DNA of 64,000 nt from an uncultured bacterium (GTDB taxonomy: Bacteria > Hydrothermota > Hydrothermia > B15-G9 > WFZT01): contig CAYNMM010000082.1 in the NCBI GenBank assembly GCA_964398355.1, positions 711 through 64,710 on the forward strand, given 5' to 3'. How positions within the stretch are numbered: the first letter of the stretch is position 1; each line of letters opens with the position of its first letter. Under the pieces are notes generated by a model, which made no database searches, was not told where the DNA came from, and saw only the letters and a program-made list of their open reading frames with translations. A program made the position numbers and the translations under genes. Of the stretch, positions 48,776-58,905 are shown in pieces.

Positions 48776-49960
48776 TTACTCAAGAATGACGAGTGTATCA
48801 GATTTTTTCTTAACAGTTCTGAACCATTTTTTTGTATCCAGTTCACCGATCGGACTCATAGGTGAGGGTTTAGGTGGTATTTCCCCTCTATTTAATATTT
48901 TACGGGAATATAGCTCTTCGAGGATTCTCTTTTTCACATTATCTGAGCACAGGGAGCAGTGATAGATTTCCGCGAGGGAGACGAGGATCATTTCGTTTAT
49001 ATGTTCCGTACCCTTCTCCTCGTGTATATGTGGGTTTAAAGTCTCAATTTGAAATATCTCAATACCCTGCTCATAGACGTCCTTATATTTCTCGGGTTGT
49101 GGTGGATTTGTCATTTCGTCGAGCAGGAATACAAGCTGATGGGTTTCAACAGAATAACCGGATGAGAATGACATTATATCAGCGAGTTGCATTGACATGG
49201 CATGTTCACCTGCGTTACCAGTGACAAAAATGTCAGTTTCAAATCCTGTTCTATCTGCGATCATCAGATTAAGATATTTGTTGGTGATCTCACTCACCCT
49301 TCCTCTTCTTCTGAAGTAAAGTCCTCTTTGCATAACTTTGGGTTTATGTCTCCATTTTAGCCTGACCATTGTGTATTCGCTTTCGCTCATCAAAATACCT
49401 GCGGCGTAGTCTTTAACATATTCATTAACTGAGCCAGGTATGTAGTTATCTGCGTCGATGAAACCTACATACTTTGCGCCGATCGCCTTTGCCAGCATTA
49501 CTCCGAGGAGCATCCCTTCCCCTTTCCCATAACGGATCAGTCCATCCTCTTCATCTATGATGTCGAAGTATTGTTGCTCTTTAAATGCTTCAGATGCTCC
49601 GAGATCTTTTTGGTGAATAATGAATACTCTGGAGTGTGTAAGAGAATAGTAGTGCTTGATTAATTCGATTTCCATTTTGAAATGGTTGGGTATATCTTTC
49701 TGACTTGCAGAAACTACAATGATGGGACATTTGTGGGGAATTGCCTTCAATACCCCATCGAGAAGGTGTAATTTTTCATTTTTCAAAGGTATTACAATGG
49801 CAAGGTCCTTAAAAACGTTGTAAATTTCTTCACGCGGAATGTTGCTTATAAGTGAACTCTCAACCTTCTCTGTCTCCGTGTCAAATTTGATAACCTTTTG
49901 AGATTCGTGAACTATTAAAGGGCCAAAAATTTCCTTATAAACTGAAGATTCAAGGATCAT
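48776..49960 (-). CDS. mpgS: Mannosyl-3-phosphoglycerate synthase (GT55 family)
   Basis: 394 aa. GT-A fold with a DAD motif ([25 protein letters not shown]). By my recollection it is colinear with archaeal/thermophile MpgS (KEIFG...KFDTETE...[27 protein letters not shown]). It is paired with a HAD MpgP-like gene. Confidence 0.65.
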   Translation of the reverse strand: MILESSVYKEIFGPLIVHESQKVIKFDTETEKVESSLISNIPREEIYNVFKDLAIVIPLKNEKLHLLDGVLKAIPHKCPIIVVSASQKDIPNHFKMEIELIKHYYSLTHSRVFIIHQKDLGASEAFKEQQYFDIIDEEDGLIRYGKGEGMLLGVMLAKAIGAKYVGFIDADNYIPGSVNEYVKDYAAGILMSESEYTMVRLKWRHKPKVMQRGLYFRRRGRVSEITNKYLNLMIADRTGFETDIFVTGNAGEHAMSMQLADIMSFSSGYSVETHQLVFLLDEMTNPPQPEKYKDVYEQGIEIFQIETLNPHIHEEKGTEHINEMILVSLAEIYHCSLCSDNVKKRILEELYSRKILNRGEIPPKPSPMSPIGELDTKKWFRTVKKKSDTLVILE

Positions 49961-50128
49961 ATAATCCTCCTTATGGATTCAGTATAACACAGACGGGCAT
50001 AATTTTCAACTTACTTGATTTTTAAATTTGAAATTAATTGTAATGAAAATATGTTCTTATAATGAAAAAATTTGCAATTAGTGACGGCTTAATTTATATT
50101 TAAGTGGAATTACAGGAGGTGAATCACG

Positions 50129-51145
50129 TTGAATATTTCACACAGGGTAACATTGATACCGGGAGATGGCATTGGCCCTGAAATTACGAAAGTAGCTGTT
50201 GAAGTAATTGAAGCATCAGGAGTTAATATTGAGTGGGAAAGTGTACTTGCAGGTGAATCCGCATTGTGCGAGTATGGTGATCCACTCCCGGATGATACTA
50301 TTGCCTCTATCAGAAAGAACAGGGTCGCATTGAAAGGTCCTCTTACCACTCCTGTTGGAGGAGGATTTCAGAGCGTCAATCTCAGGATTAGAAAGGCCCT
50401 CGATCTATATGCGAATCTAAGGCCTGTTAGGAAGTTTAAGGGAATAAATACACCGTTTGATGATATAGACATGATCATAGTGCGGGAGAATACAGAGGAC
50501 TTATATTCAGGACTTGAACATATTGTTGTCCCTGGTGTTGTGGAAAGTCTGAAAATAATAACCGAAAAAGCATCAAAGAGAATCTCTCAGTTCGCCTTTG
50601 CTATAGCGGAAAAGTGGAATAGAAAGAAAGTTACGGTGGTTCACAAAGCAAATATCATGAAACTCTCTGACGGTTTGTTCCTTAAAACTGTCAGAGAAGA
50701 GGCTGTGAAACATCCAGACATTGGGTACAACGAGCTTATTGTTGATAACGCGGCCATGCAGATGGTCATTGATCCTGGTCAATTTGATATCCTGCTCACG
50801 GAGAATCTGTATGGTGATATATTTTCCGATCTCGCAGCAGGATTGATAGGTGGATTGGGTCTTGCTCCAGGTGCAAATATTGGCGATGAAATAGCTGTTT
50901 TTGAAGCCGTCCACGGTAGTGCCCCGGATATAGCAGGAAAAAATGTAGCTAATCCCATAGCTATTATACTTGCTGGCGCCCTTATGCTTGAGTGGATCGG
51001 TGAAGTAAATGCAGGTAAAAAGATAAAGAAAGCTGTTGAAAAGGTAATTGCTGATGGGAAGGTTCGAACTCGTGACCTCGGTGGAAATTCAAATACGACT
51101 GAGATGGGAGAAGCTATTATTAGAGCTATGCATGAGTTAGAATAA
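50129..51145 (+). CDS. NAD-dependent isocitrate dehydrogenase-like member of the isocitrate/isopropylmalate dehydrogenase family (TTG start)
   Basis: LIPGDGIGPEI...TPVGGGFQSVNLRIRKALDLYANLRP...NLYGDIFSDLAAGLIGGLGLAPGANIG; 338 aa. Confidence 0.75.
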   Translation: MNISHRVTLIPGDGIGPEITKVAVEVIEASGVNIEWESVLAGESALCEYGDPLPDDTIASIRKNRVALKGPLTTPVGGGFQSVNLRIRKALDLYANLRPVRKFKGINTPFDDIDMIIVRENTEDLYSGLEHIVVPGVVESLKIITEKASKRISQFAFAIAEKWNRKKVTVVHKANIMKLSDGLFLKTVREEAVKHPDIGYNELIVDNAAMQMVIDPGQFDILLTENLYGDIFSDLAAGLIGGLGLAPGANIGDEIAVFEAVHGSAPDIAGKNVANPIAIILAGALMLEWIGEVNAGKKIKKAVEKVIADGKVRTRDLGGNSNTTEMGEAIIRAMHELE

Positions 51146-51248
51146 ATCCTGACATTTACCTGCGATGATTTGACAATTGAAATTTTCGCTGGTTGAAAAT
51201 TCGTTTTAAAATTTAAAACTCAAAGGTCTGAAACTCCTGTATCTTACG

Positions 51249-51277
51249 TTGACAATGTAATTTGAGGACATTATATT
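51249..51277 (+). promoter_or_regulatory. Sigma-70-type promoter upstream of thrS (TTGACA-N17-TATATT)
   Basis: TTGACAAT at 51249-51256, a 17-nt spacer, then TATATT at 51272-51277, about 36 nt upstream of the thrS ATG. Confidence 0.55.
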
Positions 51278-51313
51278 AAGACCTGTTTAAATCTAATAAA
51301 ATGAGGTGTCAAG

Positions 51314-53206
51314 ATGAAAGTTAAGCTCCCGAATGGAGAAGTATTGGAAATTTCACGTGAGGAGATTTTGAAATTTGCAAGGGAAAGAGGTTTTTTTGTC
51401 GCGCGAGTTGACGGTAAGTTGGTGGATCTCGCTCTGATTCCTGAGGATGTGGATAATATTGAACTTCTCGACTTCTCATCTCCTGAAGGCAGAGAAGTGT
51501 ATTGGCATACAACTTCTCATATCATGGCCCAGGCTGTAAAAGAACTCTTCCCGGATGTTAAAGTTACAATAGGACCTGCAATTGAAAATGGTTTTTACTA
51601 TGATTTTGATACAGGTGGACGGGCGTTCACCCCTGAGGATTTAAAAAAGATTGAAAAAAGGATGAAGCAAATTATAAAGAAAAGAATTCCACTCAAGAGG
51701 GAAGAACTTCCAAAAGAAAAAGCTATTGAGCTTTTTAGAGATCTCGGAGAGAATTACAAAATTGAGATCCTTGAAGAAATTGAAGATGATACAGTGTCAG
51801 TTTATTGGCAGGGGGATTTTGTGGATCTATGTAGGGGACCTCATCTCCCGGATACGGGATTTGTAAAGGCGGTAAAGCTCCTCTCCTCATCTTCCAGTTA
51901 CTGGCGCGGTGACGAGCATGGCCCTGTATTACAGAGGATTTATGGAATTTCCTTCCCTTCAAAAGAGCAGTTAAACGAATACCTTAAAAAACTCGAAGAG
52001 GCAAAGAAAAGGGATCATAGGAAACTTGGTAAAGAGCTCGATCTATATTCGATAAACGAGGATGTGGGACCAGGGTTGGTACTGTGGCATCCGAAAGGTG
52101 CAAGAATCCGCCTTGAAATAGAGAGATTCTGGATAGAAGAACACATTAAGAGAGGGTATGAACCTGTTTATACTCCACATATAGGTAGATCAAAGTTGTG
52201 GGAGATCTCAGGGCATCTTGGATTTTACCAGGAGAATATGTTTTCTCCTATCAAAGTTGAAAATGATACCTATTACGTGAAGCCAATGAACTGTCCATTC
52301 CACATATTGATTTATAAATCAAAGCTCAGAAGTTACAGGGATCTACCTATACGCTATGCGGAGCTTGGTACAGTTTACAGATATGAGAGGTCAGGCGTGT
52401 TACATGGTCTTCTCCGTGTGAGGGGTTTTACTCAGGATGATGCTCATATTTTTGCCCGACCTGATCAGGTTGAGGACGAGATTATAGGAGTTATAGATCT
52501 GTCTCTATTCATCTTGAGAAGTTTTGGCTTTGAGGATTATGAAATTTACATTTCCACCAAGCCTGAGAAGTATGTCGGTGATGATGAGATGTGGGAGCTT
52601 GCAACAAATTCTCTCATAAAGGCTGTGGAAAAGGCGGGGTTGAAGTATGATATTGATGAGGGAGGAGGTGCGTTTTACGGTCCCAAGATTGATATCAAGA
52701 TAAAAGATGCATTGGGTAGGGCGTGGCAGTGTTCCACTATTCAATTTGATTTCAATTTGCCGGAGAGATTTGATGTTACGTATAGAGACAAAGATGGTAA
52801 GGAAAAGAGGCCGTACATGATTCACAGAGCTCTTATGGGATCACTTGAGCGCTTTTTTGGAACACTGATCGAGCACTATGGCGGTAATTTCCCCGTATGG
52901 CTTGCCCCGGTGCAGGTTAAAATTCTTCCGATAACGGATCAAAACATTGATTATGCACGAAAAATCTTTGATAATCTATTCTCACACGGATATCGTGTTG
53001 AGCTTGATGAAAGGTCAGAAAAGATTGGATATAAGATCCGAGAGGCGGAAAAACAAAAGATTCCCTTCATGATAATAGTTGGGAAGGAAGAGGAAGAGAA
53101 AAATATTATTGCCGTAAGGAAGCACGGTGAAGGGGATATCGGGAAAATGAGTCTGGATGATTTTAAGTCCTTACTGGATGATTTAATAAAAAATAAAAGG
53201 AGGTAG
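51314..53206 (+). CDS. thrS: Threonyl-tRNA synthetase
   Basis: N-terminal TGS domain, editing domain, class II core (motif 2/3, [11 protein letters not shown]) and a C-terminal anticodon-binding domain; 630 aa. Confidence 0.92.
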   Translation: MKVKLPNGEVLEISREEILKFARERGFFVARVDGKLVDLALIPEDVDNIELLDFSSPEGREVYWHTTSHIMAQAVKELFPDVKVTIGPAIENGFYYDFDTGGRAFTPEDLKKIEKRMKQIIKKRIPLKREELPKEKAIELFRDLGENYKIEILEEIEDDTVSVYWQGDFVDLCRGPHLPDTGFVKAVKLLSSSSSYWRGDEHGPVLQRIYGISFPSKEQLNEYLKKLEEAKKRDHRKLGKELDLYSINEDVGPGLVLWHPKGARIRLEIERFWIEEHIKRGYEPVYTPHIGRSKLWEISGHLGFYQENMFSPIKVENDTYYVKPMNCPFHILIYKSKLRSYRDLPIRYAELGTVYRYERSGVLHGLLRVRGFTQDDAHIFARPDQVEDEIIGVIDLSLFILRSFGFEDYEIYISTKPEKYVGDDEMWELATNSLIKAVEKAGLKYDIDEGGGAFYGPKIDIKIKDALGRAWQCSTIQFDFNLPERFDVTYRDKDGKEKRPYMIHRALMGSLERFFGTLIEHYGGNFPVWLAPVQVKILPITDQNIDYARKIFDNLFSHGYRVELDERSEKIGYKIREAEKQKIPFMIIVGKEEEEKNIIAVRKHGEGDIGKMSLDDFKSLLDDLIKNKRR

Positions 53207-53235
53207 GTAAAATTAGAGGAAGATTTTACAGAAGG

Positions 53236-53766
53236 GTGAGAAGAGACCCGGAGGAGCATAGAGTTAATGAAAGAATAAGGGTCCCAGAAGTAAGGGTTAT
53301 AGGACCTGACGGAAAGCAGCTTGGGGTGATGAAGACAAGAGATGCTATTGAACTTGCCTATTCAATGAATCTTGATCTTGTGGAGGTTGCTCCCAATGCA
53401 AAGCCTCCAGTTGCCAAGATCATGGATTATGGGAAGTTCAAATATGAGGAAAAGAAGCGTAAAAAGGAGGCAAAGAAGAAACAGGCCGGTGAAGTAAAGG
53501 AAATTTCCTTCAGACCCTCAATAGACAAACATGACCTGGAGACAAAATTGAAAAAAGTTAGAGAATTCCTTTAAGATGGGCATAAAGTAAAAGTGAAAAT
53601 TTTCTTTAAAGGACGTGAAATTGTCCATCAGGATAAAGGATTTAAGCTTATTAATTCTATTCTGGAGGAACTCTCTGATATGTCAGCTGTGGAAGTTCCT
53701 CCCAAAATGGAAGGCAGATACATCACATCAATGATTAGACCAACAATTAAAAAGAAAGGAGGATGA
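53236..53766 (+). pseudogene. infC: Translation initiation factor IF-3 (GTG start). It is interrupted by an in-frame TAA at 53572-53574, and the frame continues through the complete C-terminal domain.
   Basis: The N-domain ([22 protein letters not shown]...[18 protein letters not shown]) is intact up to REFL-stop. The same frame then continues: [63 protein letters not shown]. The TAA occupies the position of a conserved Glu (GAA). Confidence 0.75.
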
Positions 53767-53771
53767 TTAAT

Positions 53772-53972
53772 ATGCCAAAATTTAAAACAAAAAGATCAGC
53801 CGCAAAAAGATTCAAAGTTACAGGATCTGGAAAGATTAAAAGGAGGCATGCTTTTAAGAGTCACATACTTACAAAGAAAACCCGTAAAAGGAAGAGACAT
53901 TTAAGACAGGCTGCATTGGTGGATAAAGCCGATTACAAAAGAATTCGTATGATCATACCTTATGAGTTTTAA
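53772..53972 (+). CDS. rpmI: 50S ribosomal protein L35
   Basis: [36 protein letters not shown]; I placed the start at the second ATG. Confidence 0.9.
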   Translation: MPKFKTKRSAAKRFKVTGSGKIKRRHAFKSHILTKKTRKRKRHLRQAALVDKADYKRIRMIIPYEF

Positions 53973-53975
53973 ACA

Positions 53976-54530
53976 ATGAAAAAGTCCCTGATAGCATTTA
54001 TCCTTATTGTTGCGATCATAGCATTGCCTGTAATGGTGACCTACAACCAGCTTGTGAGTTTAAGGGAACAGGTTGACCTGAGCTGGTCCCAGATTGAGAC
54101 TCAAATGCAGAGGCGCGCTGATTTAATTCCAAATTTAGTAAATACAGTGAAGGGCTACGCCAAACACGAGAAAGAAATTTTTGAATATGTCGCTGATGCT
54201 CGCGCAAAACTCGCTGGAGCACGTACCCGTTCTGATCAAATCAGGGCCAACAGAGAGCTCGACATCGCCCTATCGCGACTTCTTGCCATAGCTGAAAATT
54301 ACCCTCAGTTGAAGGCTGATCAGACTTTTATGAGACTTATGGATGAACTCGCAGGCACCGAAAATCGTATCGCTGTTGCAAGAATCAGGTACAACGAGGC
54401 AGTCAGAAACTATAATGTTGCAATTAAAAGGTTCCCCACAAATTTAATTGCCAGAATTTTTGGTTTTGAAGAGCAACCCTACTTTGAGGCAGAACCTGGT
54501 AAGAAAGCTGTCCCGAAAGTAAAATTCTGA
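53976..54530 (+). CDS. lemA: LemA family protein
   Basis: N-terminal transmembrane helix plus a LemA core (YNQLVSLREQVDLSWSQIETQMQRRADLIPNLVNTVKGYAKHEKE); 184 aa. Confidence 0.85.
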   Translation: MKKSLIAFILIVAIIALPVMVTYNQLVSLREQVDLSWSQIETQMQRRADLIPNLVNTVKGYAKHEKEIFEYVADARAKLAGARTRSDQIRANRELDIALSRLLAIAENYPQLKADQTFMRLMDELAGTENRIAVARIRYNEAVRNYNVAIKRFPTNLIARIFGFEEQPYFEAEPGKKAVPKVKF

Positions 54531-54805
54531 TGGCTCTCATTACCGTAAAAGTTAAACCATCTTCTCGTGTTACAAAATTTCAGGGAATACTGGAAAAGAC
54601 AGGAGATGTAGTCCTGAAAATTGATGTCGCTGCCCCTCCCGAGAAGGGGAAGGCCAATGAGGAGCTAATCAAATTCCTTGCGAAGAAATTAGGAATTCCT
54701 AAAAATCGCATAGTGATAAAAACAGGTGCTACAGCGAGAAAAAAGAAAATTGAGATTGAAGGCCTTGACGTAAAGGATATTCTTGCAATGCTTAAAGGAA
54801 GTTAA
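54530..54805 (+). CDS. DUF167 (YggU) family protein
   Basis: VKVKPSSRVTKFQG...LKIDVAAPPEKGKANEELIKFLAKKLGIPKNRIVIKTGATARKKKIEI; 91 aa. Confidence 0.8.
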   Translation: MALITVKVKPSSRVTKFQGILEKTGDVVLKIDVAAPPEKGKANEELIKFLAKKLGIPKNRIVIKTGATARKKKIEIEGLDVKDILAMLKGS

Positions 54806-54808
54806 ATT

Positions 54809-56137
54809 ATGGGTAGAAGAATAAAACCGGCCATACTCAAAGGTACGCGAGATTACCTTCCAGAAGATGCTGTAAGACGCGAGTTTATTATTGACAGATT
54901 AAAGAAGATTTTTAGAAAATACGGCTTTGACCCTCTTGAAACACCATCAATTGAACTATGGGATACCCTCGGAGGTAAGTATGGAGAGGACGCTGAAATT
55001 CTGATATATCGTTTCAAAGATCACGGGGGAAGAGATGTCGGACTGAGATACGACCTGACTGTTCCCCTATCAAGAGTCATTGCAATGCACCAGGATATTC
55101 CGAAACCCTTCAAACGATACCAGATTGCTCCTGTATGGCGGGCGGATAGCCCTCAAAAAGGACGTTACCGTGAGTTCTATCAGTGCGATTTTGATATTGT
55201 AGGATCATCTTCCCTTATGGCAGATGCTGAAATTTTGGCGATTGTCTATGAAAGTCTGTCTTCACTCGGATTTGAAGACTTTTCCATAAGGATAAATTCC
55301 CGCAAAATTATAAGAGGACTTGTTGAGGTATCAGGTATACCGATTGAACGAGAACATGAAACCGCAAGAATTATCGATAAACTCGACAAGATAGGCGTTA
55401 CCGGTGTCTTGAATGAGCTTGAGAGCAATGGATTTAAAAAAGAAAGCATTAAGAAAATTGAAAAGATCATTACTCTGAAGTTCGAGAGTAATGTTGAGGC
55501 CATTGAGTTCGCAAGAGAATTTTTCAAAGATTCAGAATCTGGATCTGCTGGTGTTGAGGAATTGGAACAACTCCTGGAATTTATCGATATTCTTGGTGTT
55601 CCAGAAGGAAATGTTTCGGTAGATTTGAGTCTTGCGCGGGGACTCGACTATTATACAGGACCAATCTACGAAGCAGTGCTAAAAGGGGTCAGTTTACCGA
55701 GTGTTAGTGGAGGTGGACGTTACGACGGTCTCATCAAGATATTCTCTGGCAGGGACTTCCCGGCCACAGGTGGAAGTCTTGGTCTTGAGCGTATTTATCA
55801 GGGATTGATAGATCTTGACCTGTTACCGGATTCATTGAAAACCCATACTCACGTCCTGGTTACAGTTTTCAACAAGAAATTTATGAAGGAATCAGCCTCT
55901 CTCGCCAGAAAATTAAGAGAGGAGGGTTTGAATGTTGATCTCTACCTTGGTAAGAAAAATCTCAGGGCTCAGCTTGGATACGCCAACGATCGCGGTATAA
56001 GATTTGCAATCTTTTATGGCCCTGATGAAATGCAGGCGGGTGTAGTTACACTGAAAGATTTGAAACTCGAGACACAAAAACAGGTCAAGATTAATGAAGT
56101 AGCGGAAATTATAAAAGAGGCTATTTATGGAAATTGA
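54809..56137 (+). CDS. hisS: Histidyl-tRNA synthetase
   Basis: Class II HisRS N-terminus (LKGTRDYLPEDAVRREFIIDRL), motif 2 (FYQCDFDIVG) and a C-terminal anticodon-binding domain; 442 aa. Confidence 0.88.
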   Translation: MGRRIKPAILKGTRDYLPEDAVRREFIIDRLKKIFRKYGFDPLETPSIELWDTLGGKYGEDAEILIYRFKDHGGRDVGLRYDLTVPLSRVIAMHQDIPKPFKRYQIAPVWRADSPQKGRYREFYQCDFDIVGSSSLMADAEILAIVYESLSSLGFEDFSIRINSRKIIRGLVEVSGIPIEREHETARIIDKLDKIGVTGVLNELESNGFKKESIKKIEKIITLKFESNVEAIEFAREFFKDSESGSAGVEELEQLLEFIDILGVPEGNVSVDLSLARGLDYYTGPIYEAVLKGVSLPSVSGGGRYDGLIKIFSGRDFPATGGSLGLERIYQGLIDLDLLPDSLKTHTHVLVTVFNKKFMKESASLARKLREEGLNVDLYLGKKNLRAQLGYANDRGIRFAIFYGPDEMQAGVVTLKDLKLETQKQVKINEVAEIIKEAIYGN

Positions 56138-57785
56138 TGGTCACTCCCTAACCATCGATGATGTAGTAAAGCTTTCAAGGTCTCAGCCTGGATATATCCC
56201 TGTCTCGATATCTGTCAAGTCTTTGGAACGTGTAAAGAGATCCCGTGAGGTGATAGACAGAGCCCTGAAAGACAATCAAATCGTATATGGCGTTACAACT
56301 GGTTTCGGTGCAAATGCTGAAAAAACGATCCCTGTGGATGAAGTTAGACTCTTGCAACGATACCTTATTCTCTCTCATTCAACTGGAGTTGGGGAGCCTG
56401 TTTCACCTGAAATATCAAGAGCTACAATGCTTATAAGATTAAATTCTCTTGCGATAGGATTTTCAGGTGTAAGGCCCATAGTTCTTGAAACTATAGCAAG
56501 TATGCTCAACAAAGGAGTTACCCCTGTAATTCCATCGAAAGGCTCAGTAGGGGCGAGTGGAGACCTTGCTCCACTTTCTCACATGGCTCTGACATTTACG
56601 AAAGATCCAAGGCCAGAAATACAGAAAAAAGAGGAAATTCTGCTTGGGAAACTCCTGAATGGAATAGATTTGAGTGCTGAGGAACAAAAGGAGATTCTTC
56701 AGCTTGGAGGTGAAGTTTTTCTCTGGAGGAATGGTAAATGGCAGAGGATGCCAGCAATTCTTGGAATGCATCTTGCAGGAATTTCAAGAATAGTTCTTGA
56801 GGCAAAGGAAGGACTTGCTCTAAATAATGGAACTGCATTTACGTCTGCCGTTTCAATTTTCGCCATCGATCTTGCAAAGAAGCTGATAGATGCGGCTATT
56901 CTTTCAGCTGCCATGAGTTTTGAAGCGGTGGGGGGCTTTGAAAGTGCGTTTAATGAGCAGGTTATGAAACTCAGAGGACATGAAGGTCAGCTCAGAATTG
57001 CAAGAAAATTCAGGAAATTAATTGATGGAAGTAACCTTATCAGGTCTGAAGAGAAAGTTCAGAATTCAGGTAATGTTAGGAGAGAGTTTGGGCATGTGCA
57101 GGATGCCTATTCATTGAGATGTGTCCCTCAGGTATACGGACCGGTGCTGGAGACACTTGAGCTTGCGGAGAAATGGCTTACTGAAGAAATTAATGGAGTA
57201 ACGGATAATCCAGTCATTATACCTGAAGCTCCTTATTCTAACAAGGCGTTTTCTGCGGGTAATTTTCACGCTGAATATCCCGGGATGGCGATGGATTTTT
57301 TGAGAATCGCCTTTGCAGAGATCGGCAATATGGCGGAAAGGCGGATATTTAGATTGCTTGACAAAAGGTTGAATAGAGGTTTACCTGCATTCTTGGCTCT
57401 TGAGCCTGGTTTGATGAACGGCCTGATGCTTGCGCAGTACACAGCTGCGAGTCTTGCCTCGGAAAACAAAATACTCTCTCATCCCTCTGTGGTTGACTCG
57501 ATTCCCACCAGTGCGAACAGGGAGGATCATGTGAGTATGGCTCCCAATTCAGCTTTTAAAACCCTTGAATTGCTTGAAAATGTTACAAAGATTATAGCTA
57601 TTGAATTCCTTGTTGCCCACAGGGGACTGAGGTTCAGAAAGGATAATCCTGGAAGAATCACAGGTAAAGTTGCAGAGATTCTTGACGGATATATCAACAA
57701 AGAGCTTGAAGATCATGTTTTATCGCATGAAATCGAGGAAATTTCAAGTTTGATCAAATCGGGGACTTTCTCTAAACTTTTCTAA
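56127..57785 (+). CDS. hutH: Histidine ammonia-lyase (MIO-dependent aromatic amino acid lyase family)
   Basis: MIO-forming Ala-Ser-Gly triad in GSVGASGDLAPLSHMA. The Ser-His selectivity pair (LILSHSTG) favours a histidine substrate. There is a ~35-aa insertion after the MIO loop; 552 aa. The start overlaps the hisS stop by 11 nt. Confidence 0.8.
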   Translation: MEIDGHSLTIDDVVKLSRSQPGYIPVSISVKSLERVKRSREVIDRALKDNQIVYGVTTGFGANAEKTIPVDEVRLLQRYLILSHSTGVGEPVSPEISRATMLIRLNSLAIGFSGVRPIVLETIASMLNKGVTPVIPSKGSVGASGDLAPLSHMALTFTKDPRPEIQKKEEILLGKLLNGIDLSAEEQKEILQLGGEVFLWRNGKWQRMPAILGMHLAGISRIVLEAKEGLALNNGTAFTSAVSIFAIDLAKKLIDAAILSAAMSFEAVGGFESAFNEQVMKLRGHEGQLRIARKFRKLIDGSNLIRSEEKVQNSGNVRREFGHVQDAYSLRCVPQVYGPVLETLELAEKWLTEEINGVTDNPVIIPEAPYSNKAFSAGNFHAEYPGMAMDFLRIAFAEIGNMAERRIFRLLDKRLNRGLPAFLALEPGLMNGLMLAQYTAASLASENKILSHPSVVDSIPTSANREDHVSMAPNSAFKTLELLENVTKIIAIEFLVAHRGLRFRKDNPGRITGKVAEILDGYINKELEDHVLSHEIEEISSLIKSGTFSKLF

Positions 57786-57822
57786 AAGGGCTTGAATTCT
57801 AAGAATTTAAGGGGGAAAAGTC

Positions 57823-57851
57823 TTGACAGGATTTGAAGAATCCCTTAAATA
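57823..57851 (+). promoter_or_regulatory. Sigma-70-type promoter upstream of the HU gene (TTGACA-N17-TAAATA)
   Basis: TTGACA at 57823-57828, then TAAATA at 57846-57851. The spacer contains the inverted repeat GGATT...AATCC. Confidence 0.45.
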
Positions 57852-57913
57852 TTAACAAAATCTGAGAAAATGTCGAAAGTTATTGAATTATAAGCAAAAC
57901 AAGGAGGTAGGTT

Positions 57914-58189
57914 ATGAATAAGCAAGAATTGGTTGCAGCAGTTGCCGAAAAGGCAAACATGACAAAGAAAGAAGCAGCCAAGGCCGTCGAGGCCGTGGTT
58001 GAAGTTGTGAAAGAGGCCCTCGCCAAGGGAGAGCCTGTAAGAATCATCGGCTTTGGTACATTCTTGGTGAGAGAGAGAGGAGAGAGGAGAGGAAGAAATC
58101 CAAGGACGAGAGAGGAGATCACAATTCCAGCGAGAAAGGCTCCTGTCTTCAAGGCTTCGAGCCAGCTGAAAGAACTGGTGAACAAGTAA
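57914..58189 (+). CDS. hup: HU family DNA-binding protein
   Basis: MNKQELVAAVAEKANMTKKEAAKAVEAVVEVVKEALAKGEPVRIIGFGTFLVRER...RNPRTREEITIPARKAPVFKAS; 91 aa. Confidence 0.92.
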   Translation: MNKQELVAAVAEKANMTKKEAAKAVEAVVEVVKEALAKGEPVRIIGFGTFLVRERGERRGRNPRTREEITIPARKAPVFKASSQLKELVNK

Positions 58190-58212
58190 GGGATAGAGTT
58201 GAGAGAGAGTTG

Positions 58213-58250
58213 GGGGGCGGGCGGCCTGCGGCCGCCCGCCCCCTTTCTGA
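58213..58250 (+). terminator. Rho-independent terminator (14-bp GC stem, 3-nt loop, then TTT)
   Basis: GGGGGCGGGCGGCC-tgc-GGCCGCCCGCCCCC followed by TTTCTGA, 24 nt after the hup stop. Confidence 0.8.
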
Positions 58251-58905
58251 TAGTATCTCTTCCATAATTCTCAATAGTCACGAGTCTGGGTAGGATTGTG
58301 TTATCCAGACATAGAGTCTCCTGTAGGGATTCTGATGAAATCCTGGAAGCTCAAATTTCGATTTTTATCCAGGGTTTCTGACTGAATGCATTGTATTAAC
58401 GAGTAGTCGGTGAGTTTAAATCTCGTTCACAATCATAAGAGATGTCAGATATATATTGTCCTTTTGCAGATAAGTCCGAATTCGGCATTCACACATTCCC
58501 TATTGAATAAAATGGGGATCGATATTTGGGAAGAATCACCTATTTAATACGCGATTATATCTCTGCCCTTGATAGTAATCACTATAGGGGATTTTACAAG
58601 GAGCAAAAAACTACTCTTTAATTTGTGTTTCCTAATTACCTCTTTCAATCTTTTCTTGTAGAGGATGTTTTCCCGCAAAATGAAAAGGGAAGAAATTACT
58701 TGTAAAATATTTTTGGAACGCCTTTACTATGGGATACTTTTATCCTGGCACTCAGGGAAAGGAATTGCCAGAAAATTTTTTAATTTTTTAAGCCCGTATA
58801 CAACTTTTATGAAAATATTGGAAGTTTATTGAGGGTAAAGGAGGGAAGCTTTTTAACTGTAAATAGATTGGTGATGAATTATCAATTTCCTCCTGTTGGT
58901 GAAAG

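Noticed and set aside
51050-51075. tRNA-like T-arm sequence GGTTCGAACTCGTGACC
   Set aside because: It lies inside the isocitrate dehydrogenase coding frame (KVRTRDL). No acceptor or anticodon arms flank it. It is not a tRNA.
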